Source: Phoronis australis (taxonomy: Eukaryota > Animalia > Phoronida). Taken from it: a stretch of DNA of 64,000 nucleotides. Under the pieces are notes generated by a model. It was not told the DNA's origin, did no database searches, and worked only from the letters and a program-made list of their open reading frames with translations. Both the position numbers and the translations under genes were made by a program. Location of the stretch: NCBI GenBank assembly GCA_002633005.1, contig NMRA01000429.1, positions 208,969 through 272,968 on the forward strand, given 5' to 3'. Positions 1 to 37,786 of this stretch are shown here, piece after piece; position 1 is the stretch's first letter, and the number at the start of each line of letters is the position of its first letter.

Positions 1-11
1 GACTAACAAAA

Positions 12-1520
12 TGTAGTGTACGTACCCTCATGTGGAATTTAGTAAGACAAATGCTCATTGCAAATGAAATTATTGCCTTTTAAATAACAACATGGTTCTT
101 ATTATCACCAAAGAAAAATAAATGGCCATACAGCATTATGTTACCACGTGATGCAGAATTCGTACCCCCTTTTGTAGTGTACGTACCCCCATGTTTACAA
201 ATGCCATGAAATTAAAATATCACTTGGTAAGTGCGCAACATTGGTCATAGACAGTTTCCTTCCTTAAAACTGTTAGGTTAAAAGAGTGTTTATTGCAAAT
301 ACATTTGTTTTGAGTGAAATATTAGCATTTTTGTACATGAATGCTGTGCTTTTTATTTTTTCACTTTGAACTGATTTAGTAAATCAACTAACTCTCAGTA
401 GACTCTTAGTATTTAGTTACAAACCTGACATGTCATTGAAATGTAGTGTACATACCATTGTGTAGAGTACGTACCCCCATGGGAACAAATACCATGAAAC
501 ATAACTTTTACACGGTAAGTATGCAACATTTGTCACAGAGTTTCCTTTATTAAAATGATAGGTTGAAAGGGTGTTAATTACAAATGCATTTGTTTTGAGT
601 GAAATATTAGCATTTGTGTAGTGTACGTACCCCTATATTTTAGCATGTGCCTGTTTTCAAAGAATGGCACACAGATATACACATTTATGCTGTACTTTTT
701 ATTTGTTCTCTTTGAATAGATTTGGTAAATGAACTAACTCTAAGTAGATTCTAAGTATTTTTTATAAACCTGACAAGTCATTGAAATGTAGTGTACGTTC
801 CCCTATGTAGTGTACGTACCTCAACCTCTTGGCTATAAAGTATTTCCCACAAGTTAATATTTTTACACACTGCTGTTCTCATGCACAATACTGATAGTTC
901 CAGAATACATCCAGTCTGACAAAAAAAACAATGGACATTATTAAATTTGTGGTCATTAAAACGCCACACAGGACTTGGCTAGTAACATCCTAGAAGACAC
1001 GTCATGTGACAACTGATGTTGCTGAGGCAGGTTCTCTCTCTCATGACAACTTGCAACAAACCAACAAGTAGAGGCAGCACAAAACCATCCCATACATTTG
1101 TAACTCACTCAAAATTTGCCGTTGATTGACTGTGCGTAGTGTACGTACCCCCCAACCAGTACCATTTTTACTGTTTACAAGTTAAACACTGGGCCTAGCA
1201 TTGCTTTAACTATTTTGACCAACTGATAAGTGTGTTGAAAACTAGGCAAATAGCACCAATAAAGTTTTTGAAAAAAGTAGTTACTTGTCATTTTCTTTTT
1301 GTAAGAATCACATTGCAAGAGAAAAAGTTCTCATTATACTGTATTAAGATATGCAATGTATCATCATCTAGAACAACTTGATCAGCACGGTAGTAATTTT
1401 TCTTACTTAAGCATATGATACGTCTTTAATTTGATCAAGAACTTATTAAATTAACAGCTACCTTACGAATTTTTACATGATAGAAGTGGGCTGTGACCAC
1501 AAGTTGTAGTGTACGTACCC
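12..1520 (+). repeat. Dispersed same-orientation motif TGTAGTGTACGTACCC (9 copies) inside diverged ~300-bp duplications
   Basis: Copies at about 12, 173, 442, 461, 617, 787, 806, 1136 and 1505; 173-460 resembles 461-805. Confidence 0.85.
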
Positions 1521-2409
1521 TTTTATACAACTGCGATGCATTAGGCCATAAAATTTTATTCGGTGGTTCTTGAGCAAAAATATTTTAGATTACAAACCTT
1601 GAATGATGGTACTTTATAATAACTCAGCTTTTACAGTTATATGACAACCTTCATTTTTCACCAAAAGTGGCCAGCAAATATGGACTTTGATTGTGATTTG
1701 CCCGGCAACTTCCCTGCCAAGGCTCGACACGAACCAACACTAGCTTCCGGAAGCAAATTTACTAGACATTCTACACATGTTGGTAAAGGTTATGCCATTC
1801 GATAAAGTTTTTGCAATGTTGTATTGTTTGAAGGCTACCTCAGTGAAATCGACATGCTGACTGTTCAAAAACACCTACACTTTCCCTAAGTCTGTGTGAA
1901 CTATCCTTTATTTACCGGATGGCGTAAGCGTCGAACCTGCAATTTATTCTTTCGCTGTATCGACCTACTTCGGAACCGATCACGCACTTCTGTCATGAAT
2001 TAATAACTCACTGTAGAAAACTTATTGTAGAAGGTCAACGTCACGCTCATTTTCAAAATTTAATAACACCAAGTAGCTGATTGCAGAGTTGAGGGAGGAA
2101 AAGAGGGAGAAAAAGAAAAATAATGAAAAAAAAAAACACCATGTGTATCGTTACCGAAATTACACTCGCTGTTTTTGTCCTGTAATTACTCTGTTTTTAT
2201 AACAACAGCAGCAGCAGCACCAGCAAGGTCAGTGACTCATTCGCTTCACATCTACATTTTGGTATATCATTATGGGGCTTCAAAAATTGTATGAGATTGA
2301 AGGTTTTGCAGAGAAAAGCATTGAGAAATGTTAACAATTCTTCGTATTTTTTCACACACTGAATCAATTTATAGGGAAATCAGAACACTTCTTCTTGACG
2401 ACATATTTA

Positions 2410-2555
2410 CATGGGCGACGCACCCTAGTGTGCTGGGGAGCTATAGCCCCCCACTTATTTCAGTGCTGCGCCGCTCATGGACATGGGCGGCGAACCATAT
2501 AAAGGGCTGGGGTGGGCTATATCCCTTCACTTATTTCAGTGCTGTGCAGCCCATG
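2410..2555. mobile_element. Dimeric CATGGGCGGCGCA-ended MITE with a 5-bp TSD
   Basis: Two ~70-bp units each bounded by catgggcg...gcccatg-like ends; TSD attta at 2405-2409 and 2556-2560. Confidence 0.8.
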
Positions 2556-3428
2556 ATTTAACCAAGCTTGTCTAAAGTTCTTTCATAAATTCAAACGTAA
2601 CCTATACCCCCTTTACTTTTATGATAACAATGTTTTCCACTTCCACTAAGAGATCTTCCTAGAATATGCAGTCAACACCCATCTAAAAATACCCACATGG
2701 AACAGAAAAAATTGTGAAAATTCATTAATGTTTAAAATACCTAATTTAATAAACAACTGTATCCTTCCGATATATGTAACAGACAAAATCGACACACATA
2801 GCTTACATGGGTTCTCCAGTGTACCGACGTTCTATGAAAATGACATTGCATGTCTGCGCCTAACGAAATTGGGGAATGCGAGTAGCATTGATATGGGTGA
2901 ATACCGGGATCAGGCGTCCCAGATGTCATGTTGCATGAACTTTAAGCGCTGGATCATCAACTCTATATTCTCATTTATCAACCTGCGCAGAAGTACCAAC
3001 GTTACTATTCGCAAGCGCAGCCTGGTGTGATACTTGGGTTTACTTACCAGAAGTACGTCGTGTGCGAGTTCTACCAATGGACAACATTGAACAACGTTTC
3101 GATGCCGAAATGATTTTTTCATTTCTTTAGGCAGAAAAACGGATACCAGAGTTTCCCGTCAGAATACTCTACCCGCGGAAGCCGAGTATAGCAGTGGAGG
3201 AGAATGACGCTTTCTCTGGGATATTCCATATGAGAATGTCCGAGTTGCGAATCTGTATGTGATCTACGATATAACCAAATATCTGAGTTTGTGACACCAG
3301 TTTTGACTAGAAAATCATTTGAGGCTACAATTCTATAGAGAAAAGTTATCTGGAATCACTTTTAACATCATGTCACCGCGATGGAGGATCTAGGTGGCCC
3401 AACTACATATTTTGAAAGAGAAATTGTT

Positions 3429-4474
3429 GGATTGTTCTAAAACCCCCTTGACCCCGACACCCCACGAACCCCTCGACTCACGGCCCTCGACNCCCCCTCG
3501 ACTCACGACCCTCGACCCCCTCGACCCACGACCCCTTCGACCCGCGACCTGCAACCCCCTCGACCCAGTCTACACAAGCTCGACTCGATATGAACATAGA
3601 AGAAGCGTTGACTTGCTGGACCAATGAGTTGGGCCGTGTGCTAGGCTGGCTTTTCCCTGGTTTTTGCAATTAAGAGAGTCGATTCGGCAAGTTTGAAAGG
3701 CAAAAACAGAAAAAAGGCGACCAAATCAAATCAAAGCCCTACCAACGTTAAAAATGTTCCCGGCAGAGTGTAATCATCTCGTCTGCTCTTCAGTGAATGG
3801 CAGATTCAACCTTTTTACGGAGAGTGCTAGCAGTGCTGTAGAGGGGCGTAGGCGCACGTGGCTCAGCCAACCACCTTTGGTATCTGAACGTAGCACCTAC
3901 GCACCGTAAGTTACGTTCAGTGCTCAAGGCTTTGGGCGCCTACTTACCCCTAATTTTACCACTACAGCACTGAGTGTGAGGAACCGACAAAACTGTAATT
4001 TCATCAGTAAATACAGTTTGAAATAAAACAAGCTGTTAACTAAAAAGTATTTCAACGTTACATGGAGTATATTGTAAAGGAGTATACAGCAGAAAGCAAA
4101 TGACAAAAATGTAAAATTCCGTGCGTTCACGATAAGTTTAGTACTGTACAACTGGGCCATTGGTAACCGCTCGTGGAACGATTTCCGTGACAACGATAGC
4201 GCGCTCACAGTCGGCTATTTCAGATCACGTTCTTACGCCACTTTCTGTTTTTAATCACCAGACTTGAGCCAGAGCAGACTCGCGTGTAGGTATGTCTTAT
4301 GGGAAAGTCACTCAGCTACGTAATAAGATTATGAAATATGTAAAAAGCGCAAAAAATACCTATATTGCCACAGGTCGTGGGTCGAGGGGGTCATGGGTTG
4401 TGAGTCGTGGGTCGAGGGGATTGTGGGTCGAGGGGTCGAGGGGTGTGGGGGTAGAGGGCGTTTTAGAACAATTC
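3429..4474. mobile_element. Non-autonomous Mutator (MULE)-like element with subterminal GACCCCTC-type repeats
   Basis: TIR GGATTGTTCTAAAAC...GTTTTAGAACAATTC; 9-bp TSD gaaattgtt (3420-3428) / gaaattgtc (4475-4483); inverted C-rich and G-rich repeat arms. Confidence 0.8.
3831..3972 (+). mobile_element. hAT-type MITE nested in the MULE element
   Basis: TIR CAGTGCTGTAG...CTACAGCACTG; degenerate 8-bp TSD agtgctag / agtgtgag; same family as 62770..62925. Confidence 0.8.
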
Positions 4475-5845
4475 GAAATTGTCCTCATAAGCCCTGAAAA
4501 TGGAATGCCCGTGGGTTTTTGTCTTGTCCGTCTGATGGCTTTCGCCAATGCGTGAGCAGAATAAGCGTGCATCAATGAAGTTAATCTATGATCCCCACTT
4601 CAGCTCATTTATTGTTTTTTGAAAATGCATTCGACCAATTTCTTTGAACAAAGTAGCCAAACACTTAAGACCAAAGTACAATTGTAATTTTGTTTTGAGC
4701 ACCAAAGTATCAAAATCTTGTATCCGCTCAACAGAGAAACGTAATTCTAACAATCCTTTGCAAAACACCACTGGCTGCAATAATCTATGAAACCAGGATG
4801 GTGTTTGATCTTAAACAATATTTGACAAAGAATTCAATAAGAATCATTTTACAACTTTGTTGCGAAAAGTGTTCTTAAGTATTGGGTAACTTTATGTCAC
4901 GCCAAACAAACCTGAGACACGTTCAAGAGGTTTCATTGGTTGGCTGAAAAGCGTTGGCAATGCTAGGCGCAAATGAATCAACTTTGGTAACAACTGAGAC
5001 TTATAATAATCTTGTCAATGAGAATTAATGAGCTACAAGTCAAGGTCGATATTTCTCTTTCAATTCTGTTAATTTCTTCGTGGTAGCGCAGTTCGATACT
5101 TTCTGATTGATCAGCGCTAAAGATGAAACCCAAAAGGGTGAAGTGCGACGGTCGCCAAGAAAGAGTTTAAGATTTTAACAAAAAAGAGAAATACATTACT
5201 TCATTGCGCCAATTCACACAAAATGTGTATTTTCCATGCCACGTATTTGATGATTTATGGGATTGGTTAAATAGTTCAGCAGCGTTCAGTCGTCTAGACG
5301 GAGCACTTTGTCATATGTAAATAGCAAACATTTGAGTTTTTTGTTACTGTTAGCAATTCTAACAACTTATTACCAATTCCTGTCATTCCTGAACACAACA
5401 GACAACATCTCCGATCAAGAATAAATAACGTGAAAAAGCATCACCCGACGACACCCTCGGGCTTTATGAGGAAAATATGCAGAGGTGAACCTATGTTCAA
5501 TAAGACCAATACGAGCGCCGCGATGTAACATGCAAACCCAATGAACTATACAGTGTACAGAACTGAAAAAATGACAAAAATTGTTAATACATTTCCAGGT
5601 CACAAAATCGAACACATATAGACACTCGCTCTCTTTAGTAATAAATGTGGTTGTTTTATATTGCTCCCACGCCATTTCCCAGAGCTATAGCTCGGAATGA
5701 TGCTTCATGCAATCTTTGCAAACGTCACGTGATAACCGACACGGATACACCGGCACGCGGCCGACAGAGATAAAAGTAATAAGGTTTAACCGTAAACAAT
5801 TCTTCAAAACTCGAAAGAATAGATATTTAGCAAAGTATATGCACA

Positions 5846-7994
5846 TGGCTAAAATTTTAAAGGTCATTATTAATTAGTAAGTTCAGTGGTATCAAATGAT
5901 TCAGATTCAGAAACGTTCTGGTGGTGGGATAGAATGTTAATCAAAAGTAACATATCAGTCGACGAGTTGACCAATTATTTTTGTTCATTGCGCAATGCTA
6001 GTCTTGTATTATGACTGTAGAAGAAAATTAGGACAGCGAGGACATATTTCCACTTAAAAGGGATATTTCCGAACAAGAAATTGCTGAATCAGTTAAGAAC
6101 ATGCAAAGTGGCGAAAGTCCAGATGTAGACGGAATTCCAACAGAATTCTAAAAATTTTCAATGGACACAATTAAGGGCCGACTCTACAAACTGCTTAACT
6201 GCATAGATTCAAATGGTACTTTCCCAGGAAAATGTTCAACTGGTATAATATCAATCTCATAAAAAATATAGCGTTCTGGGAGCATGAGAAGATAGTATTG
6301 GTAGAAGAACATGCTGGCTTCAGAGAAAAATATTCATAGATAGATAACATTTTTATTGTTAACGGCTTGGTTGAGAAACATTTACCACAACAAAGATCAA
6401 AACCATGCCATTGCGCATTTGATTCGATTGTGTTTGAACAACTGTTGATAGTATGCATTCAACTGTAAATGTTAGAATGAAGACTGAATCAGAAATAACA
6501 TGTCAAGCTTTGAGTGTAGACAAGTCAGGCAACATTGTATGGAAAGCGTTCTCTTTGTTTATAAATGAACTTGTTATTGAATTGAAAATGGAAGGGGAGT
6601 GGTATTCAAGTTGACGCCGGCATTGAAATTTGTTTTATTATTATTTGCCGACGATGTTACTCTAGTTGGCTACTCTATTGCTGAGTTGCAGAGGCAATTG
6701 TTTGTAAACGTCCTGAAGTCAAACAGTTGTTTTTAAAAAAGATGTAAAATTGAAGAGAACCGAAAAATGGTATTACAGAAGTGTCGTGTTGAAAACTTGC
6801 TGTTACTATCAATATGTAGGGGTTGTATTTTCTAGTACAGTTGAATTACGTAATGAAAGACACTGGCACAAAAGGCAAGCACAGCAATGAGCTCGGTGAA
6901 ACATCTTCTGTGTCAAATNTGGCTAAAATTTTAAAGGTCATTATTAATTAGTAAGTTCAGTGGTATCAAATGATTCAGATTCAGAAACGTTCTGGTGGTG
7001 GGATAGAATGTTAATCAAAAGTAACATATCAGTCGACGAGTTGACCAATTATTTTTGTTCATTGCGCAATGCTAGTCTTGTATTATGACTGTAGAAGAAA
7101 ATTAGGACAGCGAGGACATATTTCCACTTAAAAGGGATATTTCCGAACAAGAAATTGCTGAATCAGTTAAGAACATGCAAAGTGGCGAAAGTCCAGATGT
7201 AGACGGAATTCCAACAGAATTCTAAAAATTTTCAATGGACACAATTAAGGGCCGACTCTACAAACTGCTTAACTGCATAGATTCAAATGGTACTTTCCCA
7301 GGAAAATGTTCAACTGGTATAATATCAATCTCATAAAAAATATAGCGTTCTGGGAGCATGAGAAGATAGTATTGGTAGAAGAACATGCTGGCTTCAGAGA
7401 AAAATATTCATAGATAGATAACATTTTTATTGTTAACGGCTTGGTTGAGAAACATTTACCACAATAAAGATCAAAACCATGCCATTGCGCATTTGATTCG
7501 ATTGTGTTTGGACAACTGTTGATAGTATGCATTCAACTGTAAATGTTAGAATGAAGACTGAATCAGGAATAACATGCCAAGCTTTGAGTGTAGACTAGTC
7601 AGGCAAGATTGTATGGAAAGCGTTCTCTTTGTTTATAAATGAACTTGCTATTGAATTGAAAATGGAAGGGGAGTGGTATTCAAGTTGACGCCGGCATTGA
7701 AATTTGTTTTATTATTATTTGCCGACGATGTTACTCTATTTGGCTACTCTATTGCTGAGTTGCAGAGGCAATTGTTTGTAAACGTCCTGAAGTCAAACAG
7801 TTGTTTTTAAAAAAGGGGTAAAATTGAAGAGAACCGAAAAATGGTATTACAGAAGTGTCGTGTTGAAAACTTGCTGTTACTATCAATATGTAGGGGTTGT
7901 ATTTTCTAGTACAGTTGGATTACGTAATGCAAGACACTGGCACAAAAGGCAAGCACAGCAATATGAGCTCGGTGAAACATCTTCTGTGTCAAAT
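5846..7994. repeat. Near-identical 1.07-kb tandem duplication (5846..6918 and 6920..7994) joined by a single N; probable assembly or haplotype overlap
   Basis: Offset 1074 bp, scattered SNPs and one small indel, N at 6919 exactly at the junction. Confidence 0.9.
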
Positions 7995-8820
7995 GGGAGC
8001 TAATAGAAACGTAGTGTCAGAGGCGGATCTACAGGGGGGGTTCAGGGGGTTTAAGCCCCCCCCCTCGGGACAGGATCAAAAATAAAAACTGGAAAAAAAA
8101 AATCGCCAGAAAAACGAAATTAGCTAATAAAAATCCCAAAAAATCTTACACGGGAGGAGGGAAACCCTCTCGCGACCTTCCTTCTCCTCGGCGCTACGCG
8201 CCTCGGATTCTCTCGAATCCTAACCCCCCCTTTACTGAAATCGTAGATCTGCCACTGAGTGTTAGCCTTTACGTTGTTGAATACAAAAATAACAGGCATA
8301 ATGTACTAGAATTTGTTGGTTTCGGTCACGTATCCGTATGGCAGAGAATACAGGCAAGGAGTTTAGCCTTGTCCTGCGAAAAGTATTTATGTGGAGCGCT
8401 GACGCAGCAGCAGATATTTTATTTATCAAATATTAGATGTTCATCTCTCAAATTAAAAATCGAAAATGGCAGAAGAGTTTGTATTCCCAGAAGTGAAAGG
8501 ATTTGTAACATTTGTAATACTTGAGAGATTGAGACAGAAGCGCGTGTTATGTTACGTTGTCCAACCTCGGCAGGTTTAAAATATATAGGTTCATGCTACA
8601 TTGCCACGATAGAAACAACGACGTCCAGGTCTCTTTAAAACTTGAGAGCAGTAAACACTTTAAAACATGTCAATATATGTAGATATATACAAAGTGGAAC
8701 GATACTCAGAAGCGAAATGTTGACTCTTTAATGGCTTAGCACGCGCGTGTAAAGTTTGTATATGATATTAGGAACTGTGGGCCGATGGCCTCTTAACTTC
8801 TATAAAGTTAGAGTTACAAT
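5990..8820 (+). mobile_element. Older, heavily decayed LINE RT remnant (partly present twice because of the tandem duplication)
   Basis: + strand translation gives ISEQEIAESVKNMQSGESPDVDGIPTEF, EHAGFREKYS*IDNIFI, LLFADDVTL, EKWYY, YQYVGV and a degenerate Cys/His motif near 8505-8560. Confidence 0.75.
8018..8257. mobile_element. 240-bp MITE with a 5-bp TSD inserted in the old LINE
   Basis: TIR cagaggcggatctac / gtagatctgccactg; TSD agtgt at 8013-8017 and 8258-8262; subterminal G/C runs. Confidence 0.85.
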
Positions 8821-8993
8821 TGATTAGTTACACTAGCTTTAGACAATTCTCGTTAACATATTGACCAGTAATTTGAGGAAAGACAACGAGTGAGCATCGG
8901 TCTTTCCATGTTAATTTCTTATTCTTTAATGATTATTTAAATATTGTCTTTTTGTAATTATGTTAGTTTGTATTACTGTATCTACGATTTTAC

Positions 8994-9073
8994 TGAGGGC
9001 ACCCATGGAAAGCAGTGTGAACTGATGGGGCAACCCTCATTTTAAATATTAGATAAATAAATAATAATAATAA
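8994..9073 (+). mobile_element. LINE/SINE-type 3' tail: stem-loop followed by (TAA)n
   Basis: tgagggcacccat...cag..ctgatggggcaaccctca hairpin, then gataaataaataataataataa. Confidence 0.55.
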
Positions 9074-10514
9074 ATCATAGTCCACAGGAAATGCAAGGGA
9101 AGATCGCGACCGCAACGAGCCAGGACAGAATTATAAATTTCTGTGTCATATTTCATCATTGGATTAGTGACAGTTCCCATCGATACAAATATTTACGTAC
9201 ACGTATTCTGTATTCTTATTTCTTGCTCAAGGTACAGTGTTAATTCCGTTTCTCGACTGTAAGATTATAATTAATTGTTTAAAACTTCTACTTATGAAAT
9301 AGAAAATTGCTATTCACGACAACGCAAAACGCGTCAAAATTAGAAACAGTAACTTTTAAGTAAATTTAAGCTTCAGTTATTATTACAAATTAAATTTGCA
9401 GCTGTGGTTCATAATAGGCGTGGAATCGATTCCACGGTCGCATCTCTCAATTATGATCCCCGGAAACTCAGTTCCGGACAAGCAAACACCAAACCCACGG
9501 AACAATTCCCTAGACATGTGGCAATAAACACAAACGGACCGAAATGTTCCATATCCGGTGACTGTACTTAATACCTAGAGAACAGATTGATGATAAATCC
9601 CCCGTCATCCACCTTGTCTCTAGAAAATTCGTATGCTGTGAAGAAAGCAACTTTTCGCAATTCCTTGTCTTCTATATACCTGTAAAAAGGTTATTATAAC
9701 ACGCATGCATGCCACGGGAGTGCTTTTTATTTCCGGCTAATTGAATACACGTCTGCTAACTTGCGCTGTGAAAACTACAAACCATTACCCGTGTGTTTTT
9801 CAATTTTTACTAGGATTTTTTCCTGTGGGACACGAATTTGCCGGTATTCTGAGTTCCACCAAGTTTCCCTGGATTAATACCGGAAAAAACTATTCCGACC
9901 TACGTGATTTGTTGTTTCAAAATGAAATTCCCGTCGTTATATGTATCATAAAACCACTGATGTTGGCGTAGTACTGCACTGACTCTGTAGTGTCAGTGTG
10001 AGTCAATAGGGGTGACATAACTTTCCGGTATTTATAAATCCGTTAGAGATACGGCTGTTTGTGGAATTAACCCCGTGTACTTTTTTCCAGAAATATTTCT
10101 GGGATTCCAAAATATATGAGAACAGCAAAAATAAAATGAAATCGATACGCTCACATCACAATTCGAAGGCGCGAATTGCCAGGCACTCGCGCCACACCAG
10201 ATACGCACTTCAAGTAACACCCCCGGATCTAAATCAATAGGACGGCGTTACGGCAATGGTAATCACAATCCACAGCGCGTATACTATACTTGAACGCAGC
10301 ATTGCTGGTTTTTCATTACTAGCTAATCATTCATCGAACAGTATTGTTAAGAGCACAGTCAGGCGCTCACACGAACAAACGGGACCAGTTTAAATCACTT
10401 GTTGTTGGATTGAACAAACACGTGGTTTGCGAGGTCAAAGACCAACGAAGCAGATCTCGCTCCAGCGAAAATTCTTAGTTGTTCGTTTCCGCTGATCTCG
10501 AACGCGAAACAGCC

Positions 10515-36293
<25,779 letters not shown>

Positions 36294-37699
36294 ACACTCA
36301 TTTTTATTTGCAACATTTCATTAAGAGTAGACCTACACACTGCGTGTTTCAATCAGCGTTTCAATGGAATAGCCCCGTCCCGGATTATAACAACATCACT
36401 ACTTAAATTCCTTGATGTCTACCCACTATGCATCACATTGCGATGTTGGCACTGGGGAATTAGAAAATCTGGATAATAACCCTGATTGCAGGGTACGTAT
36501 CGTTCTTTGGTCTTCGTTCAATTTAAGGTTCATGACAGGTCGACTACACAACGCATTTTGTTAACCTCACGAAAAAGAAGAGATGAATTTGGGACGGAGC
36601 TATTATTTTACATTCTTACATCATTTACCAATTGCTTGGTGTTTAAAGTTATAATCAAAACAGCACTCGCTGTACGATGAGAACTATGCATGCGTGGACA
36701 CAAAACAGATTTTAGGTAAGACGCCAAATCATCATCGTTTCATCATCACTGATGTTAGTAAACCAATGTCTCGTGTAGAACTATTGACTGTGATATCATA
36801 TTTGCCCATCGTAACTATTTGACCGTCACCTCAGGGTGTAATAGGATTTTCACAATTCATGATCAAAGTAGTCCAAAGCAGTAAGAATATATTTCATGAG
36901 CTGTGCATGCTGCCTAAAGTCAGCATCGTTATCAGCTCTTTAACTTCAAAGTCATCGGAAACGCGTTTGTTTCAAATGAAAAATTACAGGTATTTACAGT
37001 CTGGGGTTTTATTTAGTTAAGTCTTTTTGTGTACCAATTCGTCTTGAGATTATTTTATCAAAATAGCTTAAGGTGTGTTCAGATTAACTTGTTTGCCTTC
37101 ACAGCACTTTCTGTTACACCGGAGTAGCCTTGAGTGAACTGGTTGCATTTCACAATTATATCCTATTGGATCTTAGATGACGCACACACACTAGTTTTTG
37201 TTGAAAGACCAATGTTTCCCCGCAATCTGTGGCAAGAGAAACACCAGTCTCTTCGCAGTTATCTACAACACACGCCTTTATATACTTTTATTGCACCACA
37301 AGTATGAAACATTACAATAATGGTACAGAGAATTAGCCCAGAAAACGAATCATCACATCGGGCTTAATATACATAGCGGTAAATTATTTAATAAAATATA
37401 ATAATATTTTGTGTTTAAATAAATTAGATGAACCTCTCTCCGTTGTTTGACTCCGTCAAGGCTCGTAGCACTACACTGTATTTTGTGTGACGTTGTAGTC
37501 TTCTCTAGGCGACTGTGAATGCCAACTTTCATTTTGTTTGTTATTTTTGCGTGTTAGGTGTGATTATTTGCAATCCGCAATAAATTTGTCATAAAGTTCA
37601 ACTCGTCTTGGTCTTGTGTTATTGCCATTCTAGGCGCTATCCCTCTTGTCATTTAATGCCCTGCTTACGTTTACCTTTATATTTTGCCAACGAGGTTTT

Positions 37700-37704
<5 letters not shown>

Positions 37705-37775
<71 letters not shown>

Positions 37776-37786
37776 TAGTAGTAGTA
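37705..37786. repeat. (AGT)~27 microsatellite
   Basis: Read directly; one GGT interruption. Confidence 0.98.

Noticed and set aside
12-1520. CRISPR array
   Set aside because: Eukaryotic context, 16-bp repeat, spacers from 3 to 370 bp that are partly duplicates, and no cas genes.
2741-2929. Zinc-finger-like peptide (HPYQC...HWRTHVSYVCRFC)
   Set aside because: Cys/His spacing does not fit C2H2 and there is no supporting exon structure.
5846-7994. Recent 1.07-kb tandem duplication as a biological event
   Set aside because: The junction is a single N and the copies differ at allele-like levels, typical of two haplotype contig ends scaffolded together; long reads would be needed to rescue it.
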